Assembly (NCBI GenBank): GCA_001464585.1
Contig: LNFF01000040.1
Coordinates: forward strand, 7,267-71,266
Length of the DNA stretch: 64,000 nucleotides
Source of the DNA: Gammaproteobacteria bacterium Ga0077554
GTDB taxonomy: Bacteria; Pseudomonadota; Gammaproteobacteria; Ga0077554; Ga007554
Direction of reading: 5' to 3'
Part shown: in pieces, positions 37,862 to 48,414 of the stretch
Numbering within the stretch: position 1 is the stretch's first letter
Layout of the letters: each line of letters starts with the position of its first letter
The notes under the pieces: model-generated
Database searches by the model: none
The model's input: only the letters and a program-made list of their open reading frames with translations
Told to the model about the DNA's origin: nothing
Program-made: the position numbers and the translations under genes

Positions 37862-39148
37862 TTACATTTTTGATTTCTTTTCGTTACCGGGAATGAAGGG
37901 ACTCCAGGGCTGGGCGCGGATGGTTTTATCAGTCTTCCATACGATATCAAACTGGCCATCAGCCTGGATTTCAGCGATCATCACCGGCTTCCACAGGTGA
38001 TGATTGGTCTCATCCATCTTCAAGGTAAACCCAGAAGGCGCCTTGAATGTTTGCCCGGCCATCGCCTTGCGCACCGCATCGACATTGGTGGTGCCCGCCT
38101 TGGTAACGGCTTGCGCCCACATGTGCATGCCAACATAAGTCGCTTCCATCGGATCATTGGTTACGCGATCCGTACCGCCAGAAAGATTATGCTTCTTCAC
38201 ATAAGCGGCCCATGTCTTTTTGAACGCATCATTCTCTGGGGCTTTTACCGACATAAAGTAATTCCAGGCTGCCAAGTGACCCACTAAAGGCTTGGTATCA
38301 ATACCACGCAATTCTTCCTCGCCTACGGAGAATGCCACCACCGGAACATCAGTTGCTTTCAACCCCTGGTTTCCTAATTCCTTATAAAAGGGAACATTGG
38401 AATCACCGTTGATGGTAGAAATTACTGCCGTCTTGCCCCCGGCTGAAAATTTCTTGACGTTGGCTACAATCGTCTGATAATCATTATGACCAAACGGCGT
38501 ATACACTTCTTCAATATCTTTTTCAGCAATGCCTTTGGATTTCAGGAAAGCCCGCAGGATTTTATTGGTGGTACGCGGATAAACGTAGTCAGTCCCCAGC
38601 AGAAAGAAGCGCTTGGCGCCGCCACCATCCGCGCTCATCAAATACTCTACGGCAGGAATCGCCTGCTGATTGGGCGCGGCGCCGGTATAATACACATTCT
38701 GTGAAAGCTCTTCGCCTTCATATTGCACCGGGTAATACAGCAGGCCATTCAACTCTTCAAAGACCGGCAACACAGATTTACGCGACACCGATGTCCAGCA
38801 GCCGAATACCGCCGCCACTTTATCTTTCTGCAATAATCCCCGCGCCTTTTCTGCAAATAACGGCCAGTTTGAGGCTGGATCAACCACAACAGCTTCCAGT
38901 TTCTTGCCTAATACACCCCCTTTAGCGTTAATTTCTTCAATGGTCATCAGGGCAACATCACGTAATGATGTTTCGCTAATGGCCATGGTGCCAGACAAGG
39001 AATGAAGAATACCGACCTTGATGGTATCAGCAGACCACGCCGCGCCAGAAAACAATAGCCCGACGCCCACGACGCTACCGATAACAGCCTTGCTGAATCT
39101 TTTGATCAGATTATCATTTCGCATTTTCTCTATGCTTGCTCTATTCAT
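37862..39148 (-). CDS. urtA: urea ABC transporter substrate-binding protein UrtA
   Basis: 428 aa, signal peptide, LivK/amide-binding fold, with the characteristic UrtA 'AVFGCWTSVSRKSVLPVFEE...YYPVQYEG' region. Confidence 0.85.
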   Translation of the reverse strand: MNRASIEKMRNDNLIKRFSKAVIGSVVGVGLLFSGAAWSADTIKVGILHSLSGTMAISETSLRDVALMTIEEINAKGGVLGKKLEAVVVDPASNWPLFAEKARGLLQKDKVAAVFGCWTSVSRKSVLPVFEELNGLLYYPVQYEGEELSQNVYYTGAAPNQQAIPAVEYLMSADGGGAKRFFLLGTDYVYPRTTNKILRAFLKSKGIAEKDIEEVYTPFGHNDYQTIVANVKKFSAGGKTAVISTINGDSNVPFYKELGNQGLKATDVPVVAFSVGEEELRGIDTKPLVGHLAAWNYFMSVKAPENDAFKKTWAAYVKKHNLSGGTDRVTNDPMEATYVGMHMWAQAVTKAGTTNVDAVRKAMAGQTFKAPSGFTLKMDETNHHLWKPVMIAEIQADGQFDIVWKTDKTIRAQPWSPFIPGNEKKSKM

Positions 39149-39504
39149 GAGACTCTCTCCTAATGCAGTATGTTTATTAAATTCTGGAATTGCAAACCAA
39201 CATGTATGCTATTGACACTGCTCGACGTCAGCATGCCTGGATCTTTGTTAGCAAATGTCAACGTAACAGGACATCATGACCATGTATCATCCACTTTCAG
39301 TACGTGCCCTGTTGTTACCCCCTCTGAAGCGATAGTATTTTTCAAAGAAACCCTTTTATCCATCCTTAATAAATCTCTATATAAATTTAGTTAAACGATT
39401 GACCAGCACCTCACATATGCAACGATGTCACATGAGCAAAATCCGCGCCATAAAAATAACTGTTTGATTGGTAATATATAATTTATTCTTTTTGGTATGC
39501 CATG

Positions 39505-39521
39505 CGCACCACTATGGTGCG
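39505..39521. promoter_or_regulatory. candidate NtrC-type enhancer site upstream of urtA
   Basis: Perfect inverted repeat CGCACCA-cta-TGGTGCG, one mismatch per half-site from the NtrC consensus TGCACCA-N3-TGGTGCA. It lies about 360 nt upstream of the urtA start. A shared 11-mer 'tttttggtgcg' at 39540..39550 recurs upstream of ureD at 47586..47596. Confidence 0.35.
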
Positions 39522-39721
39522 TAGTCATCTGATCGCCCATTTTTGGTGCGGTACCATGGAGCCAGGATAATAAATATCTAAAGTGCATTTTCTCAGCCAA
39601 TGAAGTTCCGGCGACAGTGACGCCTTAATAAAATCGTCATGTGTCTTTGTTATCGTTTTCATATTCTGGTGATTCAGCACCCGAATCAATCTAACAAATA
39701 ACAAGACATAAGGAGCCCACG

Positions 39722-42025
39722 ATGTTTCATTCACCGTTTTCCAAAAGCCTTACGGCGCTTGCCATTGCCAGCGCACTGAACATTTCGCCAGCCCTTGCCG
39801 AAGATGGGCATGGTGATGTCTTTTCCCGAATTGCAACCTTTCCGGTTTTTCTCAATACCGCTATAGATCAGCCAACCGTGGCTGAAATCGTCGCCGCCAG
39901 TGAAGACGGTAATATCCTCGTCTATACCGATTCCAAGGGCGGGAACATTGGTTTTGTGGATATTGCCGATCCGGCCCATCCCCAACCTTTGGGCACCGTC
40001 GCCGTTGGCGGTGAACCGACCTCGGTGGCCATCGTAGGTAATTATGCCTTGGTCGCGGTGAATACCTCACCCAGCTTTGTTGCACCGAGTGGTAAGCTGC
40101 TTGTCGTGAATATCGCCACGCATTCCATCGTGTCGACCATTGATCTCGGCGGTCAGCCTGATGCCGTTGCCATCAGTCCGGATCGGCGCTATGCCGCCGT
40201 TGTCATCGAAAACCAGCGCGATGAAGAACTGGGCGATGGCGCGCCACCGCAGACGCCCGCTGGCTACTTGACGATCGTCGATCTGGTCGGTGGCCCCGGT
40301 GGCTGGACTACGCGCAAAGTCAACCTGACGGGTTTGCCTGGCATGCTTTACGCCGCTGATCCGGAACCCGAATACGTGGCTATCAACCACAACAACGTTG
40401 CTGTGGTGACCTTGCAGGAGAATAATCATATTGCACTGGTGAATCTGGCGACGGGCAAGGTGGTAGATCATTTCAGCGCCGGCACCGTCAACCTGGATCG
40501 GATTGACACCAACGAAAATGATTTAATCGAACTCAACAGCAGCCTGACCAGCGTCCCGCGTGAACCGGATGGCGTTACCTGGATCTCAAACAGCGAGTTC
40601 GCCACGGCCGATGAAGGTGATCTCAACGGCGGCAGTCGCGGCTTTACCATTTACGACACATCGGGCACAGTCCGTTATGCTGCGGGTAACAGCGTTGAAC
40701 ACACCATCGTCCGTCATGGTCATTACCCCGAAGACCGCTCGGAAAACAAGGGCAACGAACCGGAAAATGTAGCCGCCGCACGCTATGGCAAAGACAACTT
40801 GCTGTTCGTCGGCTCCGAGCGCGCCAGCGTCGTGCTGGTTTACCAGATGATGAACCCGCTTAAACCCAAACTGCTCCAGGTCTTGCCCTCTGCCGTCAAA
40901 CCTGAGGGACTGCTGACCATTCCGCAGCGCAAGTTGCTCGTCGTCGCCAGCGAGGAAGATGCCCGCGACGATAAGATACGCGCGGCGTTGACCATTTACC
41001 GGCAGGGCGCGCAAGCCACCTACCCCACAGTGATTTCTAAAAACCGTGCCGGCGGTACGCCGATACCCTGGGGCGCGTTATCCGGTTTGGCGGCCGATCC
41101 ACAGAAGAAAAGGACGGTCTACGCCATCCATGACAGCTTCTATGACAAGAGCCGCATTTTTGTGATGGATGCGCATAACGAACCAGCGGTCATCAGAAAA
41201 GAAATCGTATTGCATGATGCGATGGGTAAACTGGCTGCGGTACAGGCCAGTATGGTCAACGGCGATGGCACGGTACACCTGGATCCGGAAGGCATCGCCG
41301 TCAGCGATGACGGCGGGTTCTGGATCGTCTCCGAGGGAGGCGGCACGGTAGGCGATGCACAGCGCCCGTTCGAAACGCTCAATCTGTTATTGAAGATCGG
41401 CAAGGACGGTGTGATCGAACGGGTCGTGACCTTGCCGGCAGCAGTCAATGCCCGTCAGGTGCGTTTTGGGTTTGAAGGCGTGACATCGGTCGGCACAGGC
41501 CAGAACGAAGTGATCTATGTCGCGTTTCAGCGCGAGTGGGCCGGTGATCCGAAAGGCAAGGTTCGTATAGGTCGCTATACCACCGCGACCGGTGCCTGGA
41601 ATTTTTACTATTACCCCTTGGACCTGCCGGCTTCCGCCAATGGCGGTTGGGTCGGTCTCTCCGAACTCACCGCTGTCGGCGATGACGAATTCATCGTAGT
41701 CGAACGTGACGACCAGAGTGGAGCCGACGCGGTCATCAAACGCATTTATAAATTCTCCGTTGCGAACTTGAACCCGATGGTAGATGAGGGCGGTATTCCT
41801 GGCTTCCCGGTGGTCAGTAAACACCTGGTGCATGACCTGATGCCGGACTTAAAGGCCACCGGCGGACAGGTGCTGGAGAAAATCGAAGGGCTCACTGTGT
41901 TGCATAATGGTGATGTACTGGTCGTCAATGACAATGATGGCGTAAAGGACTCAAACGGTGAAACCCGGTTATTAAGGCTGGAGAAATTGCTGGGAGACCA
42001 TAATGGACATGATGAGGGGCATTAA
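39722..42025 (+). CDS. secreted 767-aa beta-propeller / phytase-like esterase family protein (possible phosphatase)
   Basis: Signal peptide 'ALAIASALNISPALA/ED'. Repeated beta-propeller-like blocks ('choice-of-anchor I'-like N-half, phytase-like esterase C-half). His-rich tail 'DHNGHDEGH'. AAGGAG RBS. Confidence 0.5.
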   Translation: MFHSPFSKSLTALAIASALNISPALAEDGHGDVFSRIATFPVFLNTAIDQPTVAEIVAASEDGNILVYTDSKGGNIGFVDIADPAHPQPLGTVAVGGEPTSVAIVGNYALVAVNTSPSFVAPSGKLLVVNIATHSIVSTIDLGGQPDAVAISPDRRYAAVVIENQRDEELGDGAPPQTPAGYLTIVDLVGGPGGWTTRKVNLTGLPGMLYAADPEPEYVAINHNNVAVVTLQENNHIALVNLATGKVVDHFSAGTVNLDRIDTNENDLIELNSSLTSVPREPDGVTWISNSEFATADEGDLNGGSRGFTIYDTSGTVRYAAGNSVEHTIVRHGHYPEDRSENKGNEPENVAAARYGKDNLLFVGSERASVVLVYQMMNPLKPKLLQVLPSAVKPEGLLTIPQRKLLVVASEEDARDDKIRAALTIYRQGAQATYPTVISKNRAGGTPIPWGALSGLAADPQKKRTVYAIHDSFYDKSRIFVMDAHNEPAVIRKEIVLHDAMGKLAAVQASMVNGDGTVHLDPEGIAVSDDGGFWIVSEGGGTVGDAQRPFETLNLLLKIGKDGVIERVVTLPAAVNARQVRFGFEGVTSVGTGQNEVIYVAFQREWAGDPKGKVRIGRYTTATGAWNFYYYPLDLPASANGGWVGLSELTAVGDDEFIVVERDDQSGADAVIKRIYKFSVANLNPMVDEGGIPGFPVVSKHLVHDLMPDLKATGGQVLEKIEGLTVLHNGDVLVVNDNDGVKDSNGETRLLRLEKLLGDHNGHDEGH

Positions 42026-42057
42026 GGTTAATTCCAATTATTGTTAAAAACAACACC

Positions 42058-42115
42058 TGTCATTCCGAACGCACGTGAGGAATCTTAAAGATTTCTCGCT
42101 ACGCTCGAAATGACA
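42058..42115. repeat. MITE-like element, family B short form
   Basis: 'tgtcattccgaacgcacgtgaggaatcttaaagatttctcgctacgctcgaaatgaca'. Confidence 0.8.
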
Positions 42116-42166
42116 ATAAAATGATATCTGCGAAAGATATAGACACTTCTAACGAGAATTGGATAA

Positions 42167-42195
42167 GATGACCTGATGGCTTGAATGAAAAGGCC
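42167..42195. terminator. hairpin between convergent genes (downstream of ureG and the 39722..42025 gene)
   Basis: 'aaaaggcctgtgccgaactggcctttt' stem-loop followed by a T-rich tract on the plus strand. Confidence 0.4.
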
Positions 42196-42249
42196 TGTGC
42201 CGAACTGGCCTTTTCATCATTCATCACGCAAATTTATAAAACATTTCAG

Positions 42250-42888
42250 TTAAAGTGCCATCTTGTGATTCAGCCTTTCTGACAACATCCCTTTATCAAT
42301 AATAAATGTAACAATAGCATCCAGCCCCTGTCCCGACTTAAGGTTAGAAAAAATAAAGGGCTTGTCGCCGCGCATTTTCCTGGCATCCCGATCCATCACT
42401 TCCAGTGATGCGCCAACATAAGGCGCCAGATCAATTTTATTTATCACCAGTAAATCAGAACGGGTAATGCCTGGGCCACCCTTGCGCGGAATTTTATCGC
42501 CTGCGGAAACATCAATCACGTATAAGGTCAGGTCTGACAACTCTGGGCTAAACGTGGCGGCCAGATTGTCACCGCCGCTTTCAATAATCACCACGTCAAG
42601 ATTCTTAAATCGCTCACATAATTGTTCAACGGCCGCCAGATTCATCGACGCATCTTCGCGGATCGCGGTATGAGGACATCCCCCCGTTTCAACGCCAATA
42701 ATGCGGTCTTCAGACAAGGCCTGGCTGCGCACTAAAAATTGTGCGTCTTCTTTGGTATAGATATCATTCGTCACTACCGCCATATGAAATCTATCGCGCA
42801 TTTTTTTGCACAAGGCGTCAACCAATGCGGTCTTGCCTGAACCTACCGGCCCGCCAATGCCGACACGCAACGTGGGCTTTTGCAACAT
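42250..42888 (-). CDS. ureG: urease accessory GTPase UreG
   Basis: P-loop 'GPVGSGKT' and UreG core motifs. Confidence 0.9.
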   Translation of the reverse strand: MLQKPTLRVGIGGPVGSGKTALVDALCKKMRDRFHMAVVTNDIYTKEDAQFLVRSQALSEDRIIGVETGGCPHTAIREDASMNLAAVEQLCERFKNLDVVIIESGGDNLAATFSPELSDLTLYVIDVSAGDKIPRKGGPGITRSDLLVINKIDLAPYVGASLEVMDRDARKMRGDKPFIFSNLKSGQGLDAIVTFIIDKGMLSERLNHKMAL

Positions 42889-42911
42889 GGTGATGTCCTC
42901 TGTCTAATTAT

Positions 42912-43613
42912 TTAAGAACGAAACAAGCGTGAATACTGTGTCTCATGCAAGGCACTAAAAATTCCTGCCATGGGCACAAATACACCTATCTCCTCGTCAC
43001 GGCTCACCATTCCTTGCTCGACCCATGCAGGCATCTGCCCAATTACATGAGATAAAATACGCTGCCCGGCAGTTTGCCCCAGCGAAATTAACTTAAGTGC
43101 GGCAGCCACCTGATTTTCGAGCCAAGTCCATACATAACCCATCGCCAGCGCGCGGATTGGGATATTCCAGCGTACTGCGGCCAAAGAAAATGTGGTGGCA
43201 AAGCTGGTGTGAGGATGAGAAATCCACGTTTTCGCGTCCACCATATCCAGACTCACCAATAATCGGGAAAGCGCCGCGCCCAAGTGCCGGTCTTCCGCCT
43301 GCAATTCAGCGGACTCCCGGCAGGCATGTAAAAAAGCACTCCAATGTTCTACAGCTTCATTGTCTGCGGCGTGCCAGGCGTGATGCAAGCGCATCAGCAC
43401 CGGCACATCCAAGCGACACACAGCATGCTCCATCACACCGCAAATCCAATGCTGGGCGGTGGCCTCATCGCGCACTGTTTCTGTAGAAACTGCATATTCC
43501 AACCCTTGAGAATAGGCATAAGCGCCCACTGGCAAAGAGGGGCTTACCAACTGCATGAGGCGCAACAAAGGAGTATCCGTTACTTGATGGAAGCCATCCT
43601 GCAAAAGAATCAT
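42912..43613 (-). CDS. ureF: urease accessory protein UreF
   Basis: 233 aa, 'LLRLMQLVSPSLPVGAYAYSQGLE' UreF N-terminus, located between ureE and ureG. Confidence 0.8.
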   Translation of the reverse strand: MILLQDGFHQVTDTPLLRLMQLVSPSLPVGAYAYSQGLEYAVSTETVRDEATAQHWICGVMEHAVCRLDVPVLMRLHHAWHAADNEAVEHWSAFLHACRESAELQAEDRHLGAALSRLLVSLDMVDAKTWISHPHTSFATTFSLAAVRWNIPIRALAMGYVWTWLENQVAAALKLISLGQTAGQRILSHVIGQMPAWVEQGMVSRDEEIGVFVPMAGIFSALHETQYSRLFRS

Positions 43614-44050
43614 GGGGTGTGGTGCGCGGCATGCGCATACGCCCCGGCCTCAGGTTCAAACGGCAGCATTTCGTGTGAAACGGTTAACCCCAACTGGCTC
43701 ACCAGGTCATCCAGCACATGATCACGCAAATACCTGACGCAGGTCGTGCCGATGTGCAGCGCCACATGCCGGTTACCCAAATGATAGCAGGCCTTGGCCA
43801 GTAATAATGGAGACGCTGTGCTGGCAGTTGATACCGCCTCGTGCGCCGCATGAATCATCACCACGTTTCCCGCATCGGCACGCAATAAATCACCATGACG
43901 CAATACTGATCCGCGCGGCAGGAATAAAACGGCTTCTTCGCCGTTGTCTAAATGTGTCGACAAACGGCTGCGCTGACGTAGTTCAAAAGGTAAAGTCAAT
44001 GTGGCGTCAAACTTAACACTATGATGAATACGCTCAAAAAACTGCATCAT
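43610..44050 (-). CDS. ureE: urease accessory protein UreE (start at the internal ATG; the track ORF extends to 44116)
   Basis: His-rich C-terminus 'AHAAHHTP'. Positioned between ureC and ureF. Confidence 0.7.
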   Translation of the reverse strand: MMQFFERIHHSVKFDATLTLPFELRQRSRLSTHLDNGEEAVLFLPRGSVLRHGDLLRADAGNVVMIHAAHEAVSTASTASPLLLAKACYHLGNRHVALHIGTTCVRYLRDHVLDDLVSQLGLTVSHEMLPFEPEAGAYAHAAHHTP

Positions 44051-44066
44051 AAACAGACCTCCATCG

Positions 44067-45773
44067 CTAAAACAGAAAATAGCGTTGCGCCAAAGGCAGC
44101 ACCGCAAGTGGTTCACAAGTCAGCAATACCCCGTCGGCGCGCACTTCATAAGTCTGCGAGTCAACCTCCATGTGAGGCTGATAACTGTTGTGAATCAGAT
44201 CAGATTTACGAATCGTGCGGACGTTCTTTACGCTTACCAGTTTTTTTGTCAAACCATACGTTTTGTCTATTCCTGTATCCAACGCCGCCTGCGAAACAAA
44301 ATGCACGCTGGTCGCCGTGCGTGCTCCACCCAGAGCGCCAAACATGGTGCGGTAATGCACTGGCTGTGGCGTTGGAATCGACGCGTTAGGGTCGCCCATC
44401 GGCACGGCGGCGATCATGCCGCCCTTGATAATCATGGAGGGCTTGGCGCCAAAAAATGCCGGACGCCATAATACGATGTCCGCTAATTTACCTGCTTCTA
44501 TCGAACCGACTTCATGGCTGATGCCGTGGGTAATGGCGGGATTGATAGTGTATTTTGCGATATAGCGTTTGATGCGGAAATTATCGTGGCGTGAATTGTC
44601 TTCGGCCAGCGCGCCGCGTTGCACTTTCATCTTGTGCGCAGTTTGCCAGGTGCGGGTAATCACTTCACCGACGCGGCCCATCGCCTGTGAGTCCGACGAA
44701 ATCATGCTGAACGCACCCAGGTCATGCAGGATATCTTCAGCGGCAATGGTTTCGCGGCGTATCCGCGATTCAGCAAACGCCACATCTTCAGCAATCGCAG
44801 GGTCAAGGTGATGACATACCATCAACATATCAAGATGCTCGTCAACAGTATTGACAGTATAGGGGCGCGTGGGGTTAGTTGACGATGGCAGCACATTCGC
44901 TTCGCCGCACGCCTTGATAATATCCGGCGCATGACCACCGCCCGCTCCTTCAGTATGGTAGGTATGAATGGTGCGCCCTTTGAAAGCGGCGAGTGTGTCT
45001 TCGACAAATCCCGACTCATTCAAGGTATCGGTGTGGATGGCAATCTGCACATCGTATTTTTCAGCGACATTTAAGCAATTATCAATCGCTGCTGGCGTCG
45101 TGCCCCAATCTTCGTGCAGCTTCAAACCCATCGCGCCTGCTTCAATTTGCTCTTCCAGTGGTTCCGGCAGACTGGCGTTGCCTTTACCGAGAAAACCAAT
45201 ATTCATTGGCAATGCTTCAGCCGCTTGCAGCATGCGCTGCATATACCACGGCCCGGGCGTGCAGGTGGTGGCATTGGTGCCTGCTGCAGGGCCGGTGCCG
45301 CCACCGATCATGGTGGTCACACCCGACATCAGGGCGCCTTCAATTTGTTGTGGGCAGATGAAATGAATATGCGCATCTATCGCGCCGGGCGTGGCAATGA
45401 GCCCTTCACCGGCAATAATTTCTGTGCCTGGCCCAATCACAATCGTGACGTTGGGCTGAATGTCCGGGTTGCCGGCTTTACCTATGCCAGAAATACGGCC
45501 ATTTTTCAGGCCAATATCGGCTTTGACAATGCCCCAATAATCCATGATCAGCGCATTGGTGATAACCGTATCGGCCACTTCATGCGCGCAACGCTGGCCC
45601 TGGCCCATTCCGTCACGAATAACTTTGCCACCACCAAATTTAACTTCTTCACCGTAGACGGTGTGATCAACCTCTACTTCAATCCATAATTCGGTATCAC
45701 CTAAACGCACCCGGTCACCCACGGTGGGACCATACATTTCCATGTAAGCGCGGCGGTCAATTGTTTTCATCAT
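44067..45773 (-). CDS. ureC: urease alpha subunit UreC
   Basis: 568 aa with the urease active-site motifs ('MVCHHLD', 'GGGHAPD', carbamylated-Lys region). Confidence 0.95.
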   Translation of the reverse strand: MMKTIDRRAYMEMYGPTVGDRVRLGDTELWIEVEVDHTVYGEEVKFGGGKVIRDGMGQGQRCAHEVADTVITNALIMDYWGIVKADIGLKNGRISGIGKAGNPDIQPNVTIVIGPGTEIIAGEGLIATPGAIDAHIHFICPQQIEGALMSGVTTMIGGGTGPAAGTNATTCTPGPWYMQRMLQAAEALPMNIGFLGKGNASLPEPLEEQIEAGAMGLKLHEDWGTTPAAIDNCLNVAEKYDVQIAIHTDTLNESGFVEDTLAAFKGRTIHTYHTEGAGGGHAPDIIKACGEANVLPSSTNPTRPYTVNTVDEHLDMLMVCHHLDPAIAEDVAFAESRIRRETIAAEDILHDLGAFSMISSDSQAMGRVGEVITRTWQTAHKMKVQRGALAEDNSRHDNFRIKRYIAKYTINPAITHGISHEVGSIEAGKLADIVLWRPAFFGAKPSMIIKGGMIAAVPMGDPNASIPTPQPVHYRTMFGALGGARTATSVHFVSQAALDTGIDKTYGLTKKLVSVKNVRTIRKSDLIHNSYQPHMEVDSQTYEVRADGVLLTCEPLAVLPLAQRYFLF

Positions 45774-46093
45774 TTCTTCTCCAGCGGCCCCATCACCCTG
45801 GCATTAAAGCCATAGACGCGACGCTCTCCCACATATTCCACCAAGTCTATTTCACGGGTTTGGCCGGGTTCAAAACGCACGGCGGTTCCGGCTGCAATAT
45901 TAAGGCGGCAGCCATAGGTTTTTTCACGCTCAAAGCTCAAGGCACTGTTGGTTTCATAAAAGTGATAGTGCGAACCCACCTGAACAGGACGATCCCCGGT
46001 ATTGGCAACGCTGATGCGTAATGGCCTGCGCCCTGCATTCAGTTCAATATCACCTGATGCCACTATAATCTCACCTGGAATCATGGCTATCAC
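45770..46093 (-). CDS. ureB: urease beta subunit UreB
   Basis: 107 aa, 'MIPGEI...' UreB signature. 4-nt overlap with ureC. Confidence 0.9.
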   Translation of the reverse strand: MIAMIPGEIIVASGDIELNAGRRPLRISVANTGDRPVQVGSHYHFYETNSALSFEREKTYGCRLNIAAGTAVRFEPGQTREIDLVEYVGERRVYGFNARVMGPLEKK

Positions 46094-46125
46094 CTCGCTA
46101 GGGAATCGCTGATTAAATCAAAATA

Positions 46126-46208
46126 TGTCATTTCGACCAACGGGAGAAATCCTTGTCTCGAACGACTGTGAGAGATCTTCAAGATTTCTCCCGTTGGTCA
46201 AAATGACA
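46126..46208. repeat. MITE-like hairpin element inserted between ureA and ureB
   Basis: 'tgtcatttcgaccaacgggagaaatccttgtctcgaacgactgtgagagatcttcaagatttctcccgttggtcaaaatgaca'. Confidence 0.8.
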
Positions 46209-46225
46209 CATTAATCAGCGATTCA

Positions 46226-46528
46226 TTATGAAATCGGATTATGCACTGTAACGAGCTTGGTGCCGTCAGGAAAAGTTGCTTCAACCTGCACATCAGGAAT
46301 CATTTCCGCAATGCCTTCCATCACATCGTCACGCGTCAGCAGTGTCGTGCCATAGCTCATCAAATCAGCCGCGCTACGCCCGTCACGCGCGCCTTCCATA
46401 ATCGCCGCGCAAATATAGGCGATCGCTTCGGGATAATTTAATTTCACACCGCGCGCCTTGCGCCGTTCTGCTAGCAGGGCGGCGGTAAAAATCAGCAACT
46501 TGTCTTTTTCTCGTGGCGTTAAATCCAT
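46226..46528 (-). CDS. ureA: urease gamma subunit UreA
   Basis: 100 aa, '[14 protein letters not shown]...' canonical UreA. Confidence 0.9.
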   Translation of the reverse strand: MDLTPREKDKLLIFTAALLAERRKARGVKLNYPEAIAYICAAIMEGARDGRSAADLMSYGTTLLTRDDVMEGIAEMIPDVQVEATFPDGTKLVTVHNPIS

Positions 46529-46546
46529 GATGATTCTCTACAGTAG

Positions 46547-47425
46547 TTATGTGGCCCAAATACGCGGTGCGCAGGCGGTTCTTTCCAATACCAGGGGACG
46601 CAGCACTCCCCAGGCGCGAATAAAATAGTGCCGCGCCTGTTCGGCGCTATGCCCCAGATAACGGCATATCAATACTTCATCGCGTTGCGTGGCGCTGAAT
46701 AAATCATCACCATTTTGAGATGGGGTAATCTTCGCCACCGCGTCACGTACACACTGTACTGCGCCCGGATTTTTTGTGATACACACAAAACTGCCCGTTA
46801 CGCTAAACCCCGCCAATCCCCATGCCGCGCCAAGCAAAGCACTGCCGCCCGTCACACAGGCACGCTCTATCCACAGTGGCCGTCCATCACGCCAAATCTC
46901 AAAATGCTGGCGATACTCACCCTGCGTATACACTTCCTGCGCGGCACGGCGCCCCAGGCAGGTAATTTCCCAGCCCATGAAATGCGCGTCACGCGTAAGC
47001 TCTACGCGCGTGACGCTGTCTACCCACGCACCATCAAAAACAATGGACTCTTGTGGAAACCATTCCAGCGACGCGCCTCCTTCTACAGTAAGAGATTGAT
47101 GCAGTCGCGCCGACGTGCCGTTTTTACTGCGATAAAATTTATTTGCGGCGGGGGTTGTCAGCAAGACCTGCGCACGTTCACCTGCCTGCACCTGTATCTG
47201 CAACGTATCGCCACCGACAATCCCACCCGGCGGATGCAATATATAAACATGACACACCTGCAGCTCAGGATAAAACGGGCGCTGCACACGCAACGGGCCA
47301 CTATGCCTACGCCGTGACAAGGTAGTGCGCCCGCCGCTCTCGCTAAAACCCAGCGCGAGTTCCGCACGCCACCCCGCCGCGTGCGCAGACTCCGGGATTA
47401 TCGCAACTAATGCGGCGTGGGGCAT
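46547..47425 (-). CDS. ureD: urease accessory protein UreD (UreH)
   Basis: 292 aa. First gene of the operon. Confidence 0.75.
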   Translation of the reverse strand: MPHAALVAIIPESAHAAGWRAELALGFSESGGRTTLSRRRHSGPLRVQRPFYPELQVCHVYILHPPGGIVGGDTLQIQVQAGERAQVLLTTPAANKFYRSKNGTSARLHQSLTVEGGASLEWFPQESIVFDGAWVDSVTRVELTRDAHFMGWEITCLGRRAAQEVYTQGEYRQHFEIWRDGRPLWIERACVTGGSALLGAAWGLAGFSVTGSFVCITKNPGAVQCVRDAVAKITPSQNGDDLFSATQRDEVLICRYLGHSAEQARHYFIRAWGVLRPLVLERTACAPRIWAT

Positions 47426-47776
47426 ATTTTTTCCGATTTATTATTCAGAGCCACGGCCTCCAGGAATCACCAATAGTTTAGTTATAACATATAAATTATT
47501 GCATTACACAACACTACCCCAAATGCTACCGTAGCTGGAATACACTGGGCACTAGAATGGTGCGTGGGGCGAGGGCTGGAGATGTTTTTGGTGCGCAAGG
47601 CAGGTGGCTATGAACGCAAAAAGACAAAAAGCAAGGCCTGCCCCAAAGCGGAGGAAAATCTTAAAGATTTCTCCTGCGATCGAAATGACAGCGGTTGATA
47701 TGAATAACATTCACCATCCCAAACGAACAGTATTGAGAGGCGATCCCGACCCGTCGCCCTGGTCGGCTTATCTTCT

Positions 47777-48115
47777 TCATTTGATAAGTTTTGCTCGTAT
47801 GCCCATAGCCCCCACAACCACCACTACAGCAGTCATATCCATCGCGAAATCCCCCAGGCTCATTGTCCGGCCAGGAAGAAAGGTCTGGCGCCACTCATCC
47901 AGGGCGCCGACGCAACCCACCAGAAGAATTATCAATAACGGCCATCTTCCCTGAAAACCTACCCATAGCATCAAAGCCAACACACCAAACGTCGTGAAAT
48001 GAGCCACCTTGTCCCAGGGTGGTTGAAACAAACCTGCCGCTTCTGGTTGATTTCCTCCCCAGAAAAGCAGGACCACAAAAATAATGGCTCCCAGCAATGA
48101 AATTTTACTTAACAT
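47777..48115 (-). CDS. VanZ-family membrane protein
   Basis: 112 aa, 3-4 TM helices, with a VanZ-like 'WDKVAHFTTFGVLALML' segment. Confidence 0.5.
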   Translation of the reverse strand: MLSKISLLGAIIFVVLLFWGGNQPEAAGLFQPPWDKVAHFTTFGVLALMLWVGFQGRWPLLIILLVGCVGALDEWRQTFLPGRTMSLGDFAMDMTAVVVVVGAMGIRAKLIK

Positions 48116-48414
48116 AGATACTCTATCCTGGTGTGTTACAACGGCAGCTCAAACAGGCGTCAGCGCTGTAAGGCACAAATAAAAATCCCCGTAGCAAGCT
48201 GCGGGGAGAGCGTAGCGAGGAGGCCAAACCCGAAGAGATTGAACCGCTCATGTTTCGACAGGGCTCTCCTGAGTTTATCGAAGGACTCAGCACGAACGGT
48301 TTTTTGTGGGGCGCACCCAATGGGGGAGGTAGCCCGTTCACCCTGGGCAGCCCGCGCAGCGGGCGTGTCGAAGGGTTGAGCGCACCTGCCACCTGCTGGA
48401 TTTAGGTAAACGAA

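Noticed and set aside
39150-39720. Sigma-54 -24/-12 promoter upstream of urtA
   Set aside because: Scanning for TGGCAC-N5-TTGC on the relevant strand found no convincing match by eye, so only the NtrC-like palindrome is reported.
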